Positions 37,268 to 37,268 of a stretch of 37,268 nucleotides of DNA are shown in pieces. The position numbers and the translations under genes are program-made. Location of the stretch: sequence record SRR31156797_14865; one strand, given 5' to 3'. The notes beneath the pieces are model-generated. The model was given only the letters and a program-made list of their open reading frames with translations. It did not search any database and was not told where the DNA came from. Position 1 is the first letter of the stretch. The number at the start of each line of letters is the position of its first letter.

Positions 37268-37268
37268 A

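Overview
AT-rich window from a Bacteroidota genome, most like a Bacteroidales/Marinilabiliales chromosome (TAnnTTTG promoters, T9SS C-terminal domains, lipoproteins, a Sus-type locus). From left to right it holds: the end of a YbhFSR-like ABC-2 exporter operon; an accessory stretch (orphan surface lipoprotein, DUF6144-like/flavodoxin pair, PD40 lipoprotein, two T9SS cargo proteins, a frameshifted small membrane gene); a 448-bp MITE with 24-bp TIRs and an 8-bp TSD; a SulP transporter; a YafY-type WYL regulator with a GyrI/GyrI/4TM/YoaP-GNAT operon; a DUF4476-like gene split at an A10 tract; a 9-repeat FN3-like T9SS protein; and the distal part of a starch/alpha-glucan PUL (SusE/F-like, GH65, four GH13). 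The best candidate for an undescribed system is the WYL operon, whose promoter has a TGACA-N6-TGTCA palindrome placed with mycobacterial PafBC geometry (TGTCnn-N10-TA-N3-T) and precedes likely genotoxin-detoxifying genes. Other strong leads are the nested MITE, the inverted heptamer arrays that abut start codons (one pair encloses an orphan ORF), a repeated bulged-hairpin motif, and the A10 frameshift. All family calls are by motif recognition; no searches were run.
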